Source: Candidatus Latescibacterota bacterium
GTDB lineage: Bacteria; Latescibacterota; CBDEFO01
Direction: 5' to 3'
Length of the DNA stretch: 64,000 nucleotides
Assembly (NCBI GenBank): GCA_965237525.1
Contig: CBDEFO010000003.1
Span: 55,468-119,467, forward strand
Shown here one piece after another: positions 48,043 to 57,127 of the stretch (the first letter of the stretch is position 1; every line of letters starts with the position of its first letter). Both the position numbers and the translations under genes were made by a program. The notes beneath the pieces are model-generated. The model did not search any database, had not been told where the DNA came from, and saw only the letters and a program-made list of their open reading frames with translations.

Positions 48043-48314
48043 GATTCATTAGGCTCCTGCTCGTCCACGCTGTACTTTCTATCCAGGCGATTCATCAGTT
48101 GAACATAGATGAAAATCAGCACGACGAAGACATAAATCGAACCCTGTTGCGCAAACCAAAAGCCGAGATGAAAACCGCCAATTCTAATTCGATCGAGGTG
48201 TTCAACAAAGAGTATCCCGCATCCGTAAGACACGATAAACCACACAGCTAAAAGGATACCCAGATAATGGAGATTCTTCCTCCAATATGCCGCTTTCTTA
48301 TCATTTGTCGCCAT
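48039..48314 (-). CDS. solute:sodium symporter small subunit (DUF4212)
   Basis: 91 aa. YWRKNL...LLAVWFIVSYG...GGFHLGFWFAQQGSIYVFVVLIFIYVQLMNRLD matches the DUF4212 pattern. It lies immediately upstream of the symporter. Confidence 0.75.
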   Translation of the reverse strand: MATNDKKAAYWRKNLHYLGILLAVWFIVSYGCGILFVEHLDRIRIGGFHLGFWFAQQGSIYVFVVLIFIYVQLMNRLDRKYSVDEQEPNES

Positions 48315-48383
48315 GCTGTTCCTCCACTATACTCTTGTTGCATGCAGATGTGTTCTGCGTGCTGATGTGATTAAGCAAGTGTC

Positions 48384-48412
48384 TTGACAAAATTTATGGT
48401 ATATATTAAATT
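48384..48412 (+). promoter_or_regulatory. near-consensus sigma70-type promoter upstream of the kinase-HPS-PHI genes
   Basis: TTGACA (48384-48389), a 17-nt spacer, then TAAATT (48407-48412). Confidence 0.4.
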
Positions 48413-48535
48413 TGTGGTGAATCCCTGGAAAGGGAGTGAACACAGATCATAAAGACAATATATGAAACTCATATTACGAAAGTCAACGTTTATTTTAACA
48501 GATTAAAATGGAGGAAAGGAGCGAATTCTTCGCAC

Positions 48536-49459
48536 ATGATGGACATACAAGCCGTTGCCTTTGGAGAGATCGTCTTCGACTGTTTCGAGGACAGCAGCTG
48601 TATAGGAGGTGCTCCGCTGAACTTTGCCTGGTATCTTCGCCAGTTTGGCATTTCAGTGGCCATAGTGAGTGCAGTCGGCCGGGATAAGCTCGGAAATACC
48701 GCGCTGCGCCTGCTGCATGAGGCGGATATCGACCCATCCTGGGTCTCTCGTAGATCAGAGCCCACAGGTACCGTGGATATCCAGCTGTTGGATGGCCAGC
48801 CAAGATACACGATCAACGAAGGTACAGCTTGGGAATACATAGAGCTTCCGAGTGACCTGGGAAAGATTCAGCCAACGCTGCTCTATTTTGGTACGGCAGC
48901 GCAGAAGACCCAGGTGAATCGTTCTACCCTTAGAAGACTGTGGACGCTCAAACCCCGCCATTCTTTCTTCGACGTCAATCTGCGCCAGGACCACTATTCT
49001 GGTGAAATCGTCCTGGACGGGCTCAGAGCGGCCACCATTTTGAAACTCAACCACAAGGAGTGGAGAGTAATCCAACAGCTTACCTCTCTGGAGGCGCCGG
49101 ACCAGATCTTGGAGACCTTCGGTCTGGAGATCATAGCCCTGACCCGGGGCAGCCAAGGGGCGGTTCTGTATGTACCCGGCAAAGGGTACGAGGCGGAAAG
49201 TACCCAGGTAGATGTGGTGGACACTGTCGGCGCCGGAGATGCTTTCAGCGCAGCTCTGGCTTCCGGGGTGATCTTGGGCGCCGATCTGAAGTATACCTTG
49301 CAGGTCGCCTGTAAAGTGGGCACCTATGTGGTGCAGCGCCGGGGAGCGCAAATCCAGCTAGCGAAAGAGTTGCACGGTGCTTTCAAGCACAAATCTCCTC
49401 CTTTGGATAGAAGAAAACATCAGAGTCCGCCAAGAAGGCCCAAAGTTCCGAGAGAGTAG
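48536..49459 (+). CDS. PfkB-family sugar kinase (fructokinase/ketohexokinase-like)
   Basis: GEIVFD..........GGAPLNFA N-terminus and the VVDTVGAGDAFSAAL signature. Confidence 0.75.
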   Translation: MMDIQAVAFGEIVFDCFEDSSCIGGAPLNFAWYLRQFGISVAIVSAVGRDKLGNTALRLLHEADIDPSWVSRRSEPTGTVDIQLLDGQPRYTINEGTAWEYIELPSDLGKIQPTLLYFGTAAQKTQVNRSTLRRLWTLKPRHSFFDVNLRQDHYSGEIVLDGLRAATILKLNHKEWRVIQQLTSLEAPDQILETFGLEIIALTRGSQGAVLYVPGKGYEAESTQVDVVDTVGAGDAFSAALASGVILGADLKYTLQVACKVGTYVVQRRGAQIQLAKELHGAFKHKSPPLDRRKHQSPPRRPKVPRE

Positions 49460-49546
49460 ATTCTTTTCGATCTTAGCCCCTCCTTTGTGCCCTTTGCGGT
49501 TCAAGTAATAGCCCGGTCAAGACGAAATTGGGAAGGAGAGAACGCA

Positions 49547-50173
49547 GTGAAGCTACAACTTGCTTTAGATCTTGTCGATATCCAGGGGGCAAGATCCCTG
49601 CTTGAAAAGGTCGCTGATCTGATAGACATAGCTGAAATAGGGACCCCCTTCGTTATAAACGAGGGCGTGAACGCTGTTACGGAGATCAAGAAGGCCTATC
49701 CTGAACTTGAAGTGCTGGCCGACCTCAAAATCATGGATGAAGGAGCGCTTGAGTCAAAGATAGCGTTTGAAGCCGGAGCCGATATCGTAACCGTGCTTGG
49801 TGTGACTAATGACGTCACGATTCAGGGCGCCGTAAATCAGGCCCGCGCATATGATAAAAAGGTGATGGTGGATATGATGGCGGTCATTGATTTACCCGAG
49901 CGCGCCCGTCAAATAGACGCTATGGGAGCCGATTATGTCTGTGTCCACACCTCCACCGATGTTCAGAAACTGGGCCTGAACCCTTTGCACGAACTTGAAC
50001 TTGTGCATCCGCTCTTGGAGCATGCTGGGTTGGCGGTAGCTGGTGGAGTAAAACCAGAGATACTATCTCAGATTGTGACTTTTCGTCCGGAAATCGTAGT
50101 TGTGGGTAGTTTCATAACCGGTCATCCGGATCCACGCGAGGCCGCCCTTGCAATAAGGGAAGGGCTGAACTAG
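49547..50173 (+). CDS. hxlA: 3-hexulose-6-phosphate synthase (OMP-decarboxylase-fold; KGPDC-type alternative not excluded)
   Basis: KLQLALDL...IDIAEIGTPF...ADLKIMD...VCVHTSTD...GLAVAGG. It is followed directly by a PHI gene. GTG start after GGAAGGAG; the track ORF begins earlier, at 49487. Confidence 0.75.
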   Translation: MKLQLALDLVDIQGARSLLEKVADLIDIAEIGTPFVINEGVNAVTEIKKAYPELEVLADLKIMDEGALESKIAFEAGADIVTVLGVTNDVTIQGAVNQARAYDKKVMVDMMAVIDLPERARQIDAMGADYVCVHTSTDVQKLGLNPLHELELVHPLLEHAGLAVAGGVKPEILSQIVTFRPEIVVVGSFITGHPDPREAALAIREGLN

Positions 50174-50186
50174 AGAGGAAGATGCG

Positions 50187-50747
50187 GTGAGCATACAAAC
50201 ATACATCGATCAGATACTCGACGAGCTAAGAAGAACCCTGGCTCACGTATCCAACGATCAGGGGGAAAAACTTGCCAGGGCTATCGTAGATGCCGGGACT
50301 GTCTTTGTTGCAGGGGCAGGCCGGTCGGGTCTGGCGATGAAGAGTTTTTCTATGCGTTTGATGCACCTGGGTTTTGACAGCTATGTGGTGGGAGAAACCA
50401 TAACACCTAATATAACGGACAAAGATCTGCTGTTGATCGGCTCAGGTTCCGGTGCAACTGAAAGCATAGTAGTAAATGCCGACAAAGCCCATAGAATTGG
50501 CGCTACAGTTGGCCTCATAACTATTCAGGAGGACTCACCTATCGGTCGGGTGGCAGATCTGATCCTCACTATACCCGCCCCTACGCCCAAGATAGATAGA
50601 GACCTCGGCTTTATGTCGCTCCAACCCATGGGGTCTCTGTTTGAACAGAGCCTCCTGTTGACCCTGGATGCGATCATCCTTATGCTGATGGACAAAACCC
50701 GGAGAGACAAGGATGCCATGTTCGAAAGACACGCCAATCTGGAATAA
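50187..50747 (+). CDS. hxlB: 6-phospho-3-hexuloisomerase (SIS domain)
   Basis: 186 aa. VFVAGAGRSGLAMKSFSMRLMHLG, LLLIGSGSGAT and SLFEQSLLL, as in PHI/SIS proteins. Confidence 0.75.
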   Translation: MSIQTYIDQILDELRRTLAHVSNDQGEKLARAIVDAGTVFVAGAGRSGLAMKSFSMRLMHLGFDSYVVGETITPNITDKDLLLIGSGSGATESIVVNADKAHRIGATVGLITIQEDSPIGRVADLILTIPAPTPKIDRDLGFMSLQPMGSLFEQSLLLTLDAIILMLMDKTRRDKDAMFERHANLE

Positions 50748-51310
50748 CGGAGTATGAACATAGCGCGTATTCTGGTCGTCTGCATGAACAGAACAGCAAG
50801 ATTCACATTTTAGATTACGGGCATGCGACCGCGATAGGGAATCCAGGCGGTGCGGAAAACAGATTAATCAGTGCAACTTTAGCTATGCATTACAATATGA
50901 AAAAATCATATTCGTAAAGCCAACGTCTATCGTAACAGAACAAAAATAAGGAAAGTCCGGAATCGTTCCAGCAGAAACGCAGCAGACAATAGTCAGTCAG
51001 TAGAGGTTGAATGCCAAATGAAATGAGAGCGCTAGACAGTTGTTCAGTTGTGATTCGGAAAGGTTGCTCTTCTCAAGAATTTGTCACACGTTGGACGACC
51101 TTCTTGCCCTTACAACCTGAAATTAAATGTAGGGGCGCGGTTGACTCGCCCCAAGAGCAGGGTTACCCTGCCCCTACGAATACGCATGTGGGGGGCAAAG
51201 CGTTCCTGGAAAAACTGAGACCAAAATGTTTTGCCTTTCCGAATCACAGCTAAGATCTATTTTATCAGGCAAGTTAAAGAGGACACACAACAAGCAGATA
51301 AAGCCGTGAT

Positions 51311-51331
51311 CCCCGATTGATTCTATCGGGG
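51311..51331. repeat. CCCCGAT-N7-ATCGGGG palindromic element
   Basis: CCCCGATTGATTCTATCGGGG, intergenic, at the low-GC side of the 50.8-kb composition boundary. Confidence 0.5.
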
Positions 51332-51583
51332 ATGTCTTAAATGACAAAGTGTTTCTTCCCTCCTTTTACATCAACTACTTTGTCCTGGCTGAATGGAACC
51401 TAAAAGAAGAACAATTATACATCCATTTTGAAAAGGAGCAAAAACCAAAGGTTATCAGAAAGCTATCATTCAAGATTAATCAAAGATCCAAAGAGAAGTG
51501 TTCTCATTTCATATGACCAATAACCAGTAGATACTGCACCTCCTTCTACTTTAGCCGTCCTTGCAGGGCGACGCAGGAGCAAG

Positions 51584-51607
51584 CCCCCCATAGATTCAAT
51601 CGAGGGC
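51584..51607. repeat. degenerate copy of the CCCC..ATAGATTCAAT..GGG element
   Basis: CCCCCCATAGATTCAATCGAGGG; compare CCCCAATAGATTCAATTGGGGG at 18715-18736. Confidence 0.45.
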
Positions 51608-51700
51608 AAGCCACGAAGTAGGGTAAGCAATCTGCGTTATACTGCCTCCACCTTTGTGCTGTCCAATGTGTGCTGACTGCTTGTCCTACGACTATAGCTT

Positions 51701-52747
51701 CTATGTTACAGGAAGTTCGACTTCCGCCTCCCTTAAGTACCTTGCGGCGTCTTCAGGCAGAGTGGGATTGATGTAAAATCCGGTTCCCCACTCAAAGCCT
51801 GCTACCTTTGTCAGCCTCGGGATGATCTCAATATGCCAGTGGAAATCGAACTCCAGAGTTCCCCAGTAGCCGGGTCTTCTGGGTCCTGCCTCCGTGTTCG
51901 GAGCCGTATGCAGCATAAAATTATACGGCGGATCTGAAAGACTTACCTTCAATTTGGCTAACACATCCTTCAGACTCTCACATAGTGCCCCTATTTGGTC
52001 CTCTTGTATATCCCCAAAATCGTGAGAATGCCGGGTTGGAGCTAAAAAGACCTCAAAGGGGAACCTGGACGCGTAAGGGGCTATCGCCACAAAGTCGCCG
52101 TTTTCGAAGATAAGCCTCTCTCCTGACGAGATCTCCTGATCTATCACATCGCAGAAGAGACATCTTTCCTTTAACATGTAGTGATTCTTTGCCGAATCGA
52201 GCTCTTGAGCAACAATCTTAGGAGTAACTGGAGTTGCTATCAGTTGAGTGTGAGGGTGAGAAAGCGACGCTCCGGCAACTTCCCCGTAGTTTTTGAATAT
52301 CAGGATATACCTGAACCTTGGATCCTTCTTGAGGTCGTTCAATCGGAGCTTGTAAGCTTTCACCACAAGTTCTAGATCCTCTACAGGCATATCTGCCATA
52401 TTCACAGTGTGGTCAGGCGTCTCGATCACCACCTCATGTGCACCAACGCCGTTCATAACATCGAATATACCGACGCCCCTTCGGTCCAGATCTCCTTCGA
52501 TTCTCAAAGCTGCAAACTTATTGGGAACTACCCTCACCTTCCACCCCGGAGAGTTAGGTTCTGTCCCTTTATCCCTGAAGGCGAATATCTCGGGAGGCGT
52601 CTTATCCTCATTTCCACCGCAGAATGGACAGAAATCCGGTATCGGTTCCTCGGCGGTTATATTGAAGTCTGAGGGTCTCCTTGCCCTTTCTGTAGATATT
52701 ATAACCCATCTTCTCTGTATGGGGTCGTGCCTCAATTCTGGCATATT
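51701..52747 (-). CDS. galT: galactose-1-phosphate uridylyltransferase-like (class I GalT / HIT-superfamily nucleotidyltransferase)
   Basis: RHDP...RWV..S..R..RP, CPFCGGNE, and the HPHTQL histidine-triad motif. The likely start is MPELRHDP at 52747; the track ORF extends to 52795. Confidence 0.75.
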   Translation of the reverse strand, partial: NMPELRHDPIQRRWVIISTERARRPSDFNITAEEPIPDFCPFCGGNEDKTPPEIFAFRDKGTEPNSPGWKVRVVPNKFAALRIEGDLDRRGVGIFDVMNGVGAHEVVIETPDHTVNMADMPVEDLELVVKAYKLRLNDLKKDPRFRYILIFKNYGEVAGASLSHPHTQLIATPVTPKIVAQELDSAKNHYMLKERCLFCDVIDQEISSGERLIFENGDFVAIAPYASRFPFEVFLAPTRHSHDFGDIQEDQIGALCESLKDVLAKLKVSLSDPPYNFMLHTAPNTEAGPRRPGYWGTLEFDFHWHIEIIPRLTKVAGFEWGTGFYINPTLPEDAARYLREAEVELPVT

Positions 52748-52759
52748 AACACCTCTGAT

Positions 52760-52783
52760 CCCCGACCCCTGATTTAATCGAGG
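52760..52783. repeat. degenerate CCCCGA..GATTTAATCGAGG element
   Basis: CCCCGACCCCTGATTTAATCGAGG spans the stop of the GH57 gene and the short spacer before galT. Confidence 0.4.
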
Positions 52784-54936
52784 ACCAAAACACAAAACTC
52801 AAAGTTGCATTCCCATCTATCTTTAGGACCTATCCCTATCTTCCAATTGGGAAACACAACGGAGCTTTGATATGTCCTTTCAAAGCCTTTTTCCGATTGC
52901 GAAACTGTCTCCACAGGAAAACGCCATACGTCTGTCTTTCTATCGAATTTTAACGACACAGTCAAATTCCGATCATCGTCGTCTAAATCTATCCTATCTA
53001 TTCCTTCAACAGCTCCTGTGCTCCCTAAACTGCAATCCTTTAAGTCCACTTGTAAATTTCGACTACGGATCTCGTAGTGCCTTGCTGGTCCCTCTCCTGA
53101 TAGAAATGAAAAATTAAACTCCACGCCGAACCAGAGTTCTACGTCCGCATCCAGAGGGTTTTCAATAACGTAGCGCACATCCACTTGGGCGTTAGATTTA
53201 GACATCTTAAGCTTCTTGGACACCGTCAAAGGTTGTTTCTTTTGTCCGTATATCCCCCCATCTCTTCGCATTGATACCTCTTTGCCACCATTTTGATCCT
53301 TAATATCGTACAAATAAGGCTGATTCACAAAATCTCCCAACTCCCGGTACTCGCACGCCTTGAATCCTTCAAGTGAGGTCCCTTCTCCCAGGAAATGATC
53401 CAGAAAGCACACTCTGTTGTACCAGTCATATTTGAGATAACGCTCGATTCCCTCCTCCGTCACCTTAGCCAGGTCGTGAATACTGCCAGGCCCTTCATAC
53501 TGTTTGCCCTCCACTTCTACCTCATACCTGCCCTCTATGATATCCCTGTGATAGCTTTCAGGCCTCCTTGACAGAGTGTTCACCAGATTGAAATCTCTCG
53601 GCTTGTAGTCCAATTCAAAGAGTGACCCGCCGTAGGAAGGATCAAGATACAGATTCAGCAGGCCGTTGCTCAAGATAATCTCATCTTTTCCGTCCCCGTC
53701 AAAATCCAACTCCTCGGACTCAATCCAATCTCCTGAACCTTTTTCCTCTTCATCGGAGATCCTTTCGGCCCTTATAAGGTGTCTGTAAACGGTGTCCCTT
53801 AGATGAGGCAGATAGAGACCTCCGAACACGCCGTGCCAGTAAGCACAGTTACACTGTCCTTTCCATAGCTCGCTTATAGCTTCTCCCTCCCCTTTTAAAT
53901 CGACTTTCCTGCTCACAGAGAGCATCTTTTTGTGCATATTGTTGCTCTCATCATACTTGGCCAGGAACCCCCTCCAGAATCCGCCCTTTAAGAACACCTT
54001 ATACTTTTCTATCTCTCCTTTGTCCTTCAAATCCTCCACAATATCCTCAAGCTCCGCTCCCTTTTGAGATGGGAGAGTCCATTGGCTCATCTCAAAATAA
54101 GAGGCTGTCGGGAGGTATGCCCTGCCTGAAGCCGGGTGCTTATCGGTGAAGTCCGAAAAGGTAGTGGTATTAATCCAATCGCTGTTCTCCTCCAGAGCAC
54201 AGAAGAACTTCTCCAGCCACTTCTCCTTATAGACCCAATCGTAAGTCTTGGGCCATAGGCCGAACTTCTCTCCGTCGTCAACGATCACCGATAACCTGTC
54301 TCGATTCAGAGAGGTCGGATCGTTCTCAGTGCCCATGTCTCGTAGATAATCGATTGTAAATTCTGGTAACTTGAACGGAATTCCGTATCTCAGCCTTTCG
54401 CTTATCGGAAAGATAGAGAGCACATACCCCTGTTCTTCAGTATTGAAATATCCGTAGAGTTCCTCTTCGTTGAATCCGGCGCTTTTGAAGTGATAATCGT
54501 CGAGGGCTACATACTTTATCCCCGCCTCAGCCAGCGGCTTGGGTAGGTGAGGCTCCCATACCCTTTCAGGCAGCCACATCCCCCTTGCCTCGTACCCGAA
54601 TCTATCCTTGATGTAATCTGTCAACATCTCTATTTGACCTATCTTATCCCTGTCGGGGATAATAGGCATAATAGGCTCGTAGAATCCCCCGGTCATCATC
54701 TCGACCTGTCCTCTATCTACTAACTCTTTCAGCATAGCGATAAACTCAGGTCTCTTTTGCTCTATCCATTCCAGAAGACAGCCGGAATAGTGCAGAACCA
54801 TCTTTATAGAGGGGTGCCTTGAAAGGATCTGGATAAAGGGCAGATACGACTTTTTGTAGGCCATTTGAAAGACAGAGTCAAAATTCCCCACTGGTTGATG
54901 GCAGTGTATCCCGAATATAAGATTTATCCTCTTCAT
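52774..54936 (-). CDS. GH57-family alpha-glucan enzyme (4-alpha-glucanotransferase/amylase type with C-terminal beta-domains)
   Basis: GIHCHQPVGNF, GGFYEPI, WLPERVWEP and ALDDYHF are the GH57 conserved regions. The start MKRINLIF at 54936 overlaps the upstream stop (ATGA). Confidence 0.85.
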   Translation of the reverse strand: MKRINLIFGIHCHQPVGNFDSVFQMAYKKSYLPFIQILSRHPSIKMVLHYSGCLLEWIEQKRPEFIAMLKELVDRGQVEMMTGGFYEPIMPIIPDRDKIGQIEMLTDYIKDRFGYEARGMWLPERVWEPHLPKPLAEAGIKYVALDDYHFKSAGFNEEELYGYFNTEEQGYVLSIFPISERLRYGIPFKLPEFTIDYLRDMGTENDPTSLNRDRLSVIVDDGEKFGLWPKTYDWVYKEKWLEKFFCALEENSDWINTTTFSDFTDKHPASGRAYLPTASYFEMSQWTLPSQKGAELEDIVEDLKDKGEIEKYKVFLKGGFWRGFLAKYDESNNMHKKMLSVSRKVDLKGEGEAISELWKGQCNCAYWHGVFGGLYLPHLRDTVYRHLIRAERISDEEEKGSGDWIESEELDFDGDGKDEIILSNGLLNLYLDPSYGGSLFELDYKPRDFNLVNTLSRRPESYHRDIIEGRYEVEVEGKQYEGPGSIHDLAKVTEEGIERYLKYDWYNRVCFLDHFLGEGTSLEGFKACEYRELGDFVNQPYLYDIKDQNGGKEVSMRRDGGIYGQKKQPLTVSKKLKMSKSNAQVDVRYVIENPLDADVELWFGVEFNFSFLSGEGPARHYEIRSRNLQVDLKDCSLGSTGAVEGIDRIDLDDDDRNLTVSLKFDRKTDVWRFPVETVSQSEKGFERTYQSSVVFPNWKIGIGPKDRWECNFEFCVLVLD

Positions 54937-55640
54937 ACGTACCACATCCTCTCCAGAAAATCCTTCCCGGGGACCTCTACTGTCATGGCTCCGTGCAGAG
55001 GCCACACCTCCATCTGTGAACCACCCTTCACAACGTATATCCTTACCCCAACGCTCTCTCCCTTCGACGCTCCCAGGGTGTCAAACGGCACTTTTACCTC
55101 GAACACCTTATCTACTCCTACTTCGATATCTGGGAAGTTCTTATTGTTGTTCTCAAGGGACATATCGAGTCCCAATCTATCTTTTCCCACAACCTCTATC
55201 GCGACAGAGATGCCTTCATCTCTCATCTGGTCGGGACTTATTGTCGTATCCGCTCTCAGATAGAGATTCTCTAGATCGAAGCCGTAATGCACGTTCTTTA
55301 AGATCGTTCCTCCTCGATGCGTCGAACCCCTTTCGCCACCCATGCTGTGGCATCCTGCGCTCAACCACTCATAGTACCCTGTCACCTTTCCATCTATAAC
55401 GGGGCATATGAAATCCACAGGCTCCTTGAAAGGCAGTCGCTTCTCCACCTTTGTAAGAGGAACATCCAGATATCCCGGCGGTTCTTTGCCTATCAACTGG
55501 TAGAAATTCTTCAGATGACCTCTGAAGAGACTGTCGAACTGCTCATCGTGTGATGACGAATGATCTGCCCCGTACCACCAGAACCAGTCGCTTCCCTGGG
55601 CCATATAGATCTCATCTTGCGCTCTTCTTACTGCAGGAGA

Positions 55641-55665
55641 TCCCACCCGATTTAATCGGGAGGGA
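55641..55665. repeat. TCCCACCCGATTTAATCGGGAGGGA palindromic element inside coding sequence
   Basis: It lies in frame in the GH57 gene, coding ...DPSRLNRVGS... Confidence 0.5.
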
Positions 55666-56098
55666 TCCTCTTTTAGACTGTCCAGTTCATCACCAGCCAT
55701 CTTTAGATACTCCCAGCCCCTATTCTCCTCTTCGTCGCCTATCCAGGTCCCGAAATTGGCGTCTATCCACGAACCCGGAAAGATCCTCTTCAAACGCGTC
55801 CCTTCAGGGTGCATCTTTAGAAAAGAATTAAAAGTTATAGTCTTTAATCCTTTGGTGTTACTCAACTTCTTGTACAGCGCCCTTAGAAACTCGGCTCCAT
55901 TTTCCCTGTAATTCTCCCAGGCGTTCTCACCATCCAATATTATCGAAACTATGTGCGCTCCACTGTCTGCCTCAATGCCGTCTCTTATATTCAAAAGGCG
56001 CCCCACGAAGTCCTCCGCCGCTTTTTTGGCATCCCATGTTTGATACACAAACCCTATAAGGTCGGACAATCTGTGGTCTCTGAAGAAGAGCTTTATGT

Positions 56099-56138
56099 CC
56101 CCGATTGAACCCCCCCCCGATTAAATCGGGGGGGGGGG
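56099..56138. repeat. CCCCGATTGAA + C9-GATTAAATC-G11 palindromic element inside coding sequence
   Basis: On the plus strand, CCCCGATTGAA-CCCCCCCCC-GATTAAATC-GGGGGGGGGGG. This is the site of the GH57 frame change. Confidence 0.7.
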
Positions 56139-57127
56139 ATTTGTCTCCATCTCCGAAGCTGTACATCCGAAAGGGCGTTCCACTTTTTCCGCTTAGCTTG
56201 AGAGACTCCCTCAAAACTCCGTCGTCGCTTGCCATCCAATCTATCCCCAAACCGGCGGCGATATTCCCAACTTCCTGGCTTATCGAACCTTCAGATGGCC
56301 ACATTCCAGAAGGAGTTTTTCCAAGAATCCTATTGTGAAACTCTAAAGCTTCCACAATCTGAGCCCTGGCATCCCCTGGCCTTTTTAACTTCAAGCGGGG
56401 GAGATTAGCTTGCGGAAGACCCTCCCTTGCTGAATCAGTATCGCACAAAAGCGGCAATATGGGATGATGAAAGGGACTAGTAGATATTTCGATCCTTTCT
56501 TCATCCCACAATCTTCTGTAAATCTGGGTTATCTTGCCTATAATCTCTCTTTCCAACTCAAGGAGGACCCTCTTATTGTCCTCAGAATAGCCCCTTCCCT
56601 TCCTCAAAAGTTCCACTATCTGATCTTTCTCTTTCAGACTATTCCCGCACCACGCCAGATTGAAGCAGACCTGAAGGTCCAGAAAATCCTCCTTCTTAAA
56701 CCTCTGTACTGCCCTTTCCAGATTATCCCCGTCTCTACGTCTCATCGCGTAGAGTTCATAATATCTCTTAAAGGGTTTTATCATATTTTCAAAATTTGCG
56801 TGGAAGAAATTTTCCAAGATAAAGACCTTATCATCCAAAGAGAGTTCTTCGGCTTCCTTTTTCGTCAGCTCCCAGAATTTATCGCTGGCCTTTCCCTCAG
56901 CGTAATCCTTCAACTGGACTAAAAGCGATGGGACCAAATTAAACGTCACCCTCACCTCCTCGCATTCATCCACGATAGCTGCCATATCGTAATAATCCTT
57001 AATACCGTGCAGATACACCCATGGCAGAATGTACTCCCCTGAGGAAAGGTCCTTATAAAATGGCTGGTGCATGTGCCACAAAAACGCCACATAGAGCGGA
57101 TGCCCCGATTTTGTCGAAGCATCCACG

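Larger units (their letters stand above)
54933..57126 (-). pseudogene. GH57-family alpha-glucan enzyme (branching-enzyme/amylase-like) interrupted at a palindromic element with C9/G11 runs
   Basis: Track ORFs 55972-57126 (WHMHQPFY..., WPSEGSIS) and 54933-56069 (SDLIGFVYQTWD..., DGENAWE, WFWWYG) are the two halves of one GH57 protein. The frame changes inside 56099-56138. Removing one G from the 9-G run (minus strand) gives ...GDGDKSPPPDLIGGGSIGDIKLFFRDHRLSDLIGF... Confidence 0.75.

Noticed and set aside
51011-51253. The 80-aa ORF as a real gene
   Set aside because: Its middle (CRGAVDSPQEQGYPAPTNT) is the translation of the nested GC hairpins. It has no RBS and lies in a repeat-rich non-coding stretch.
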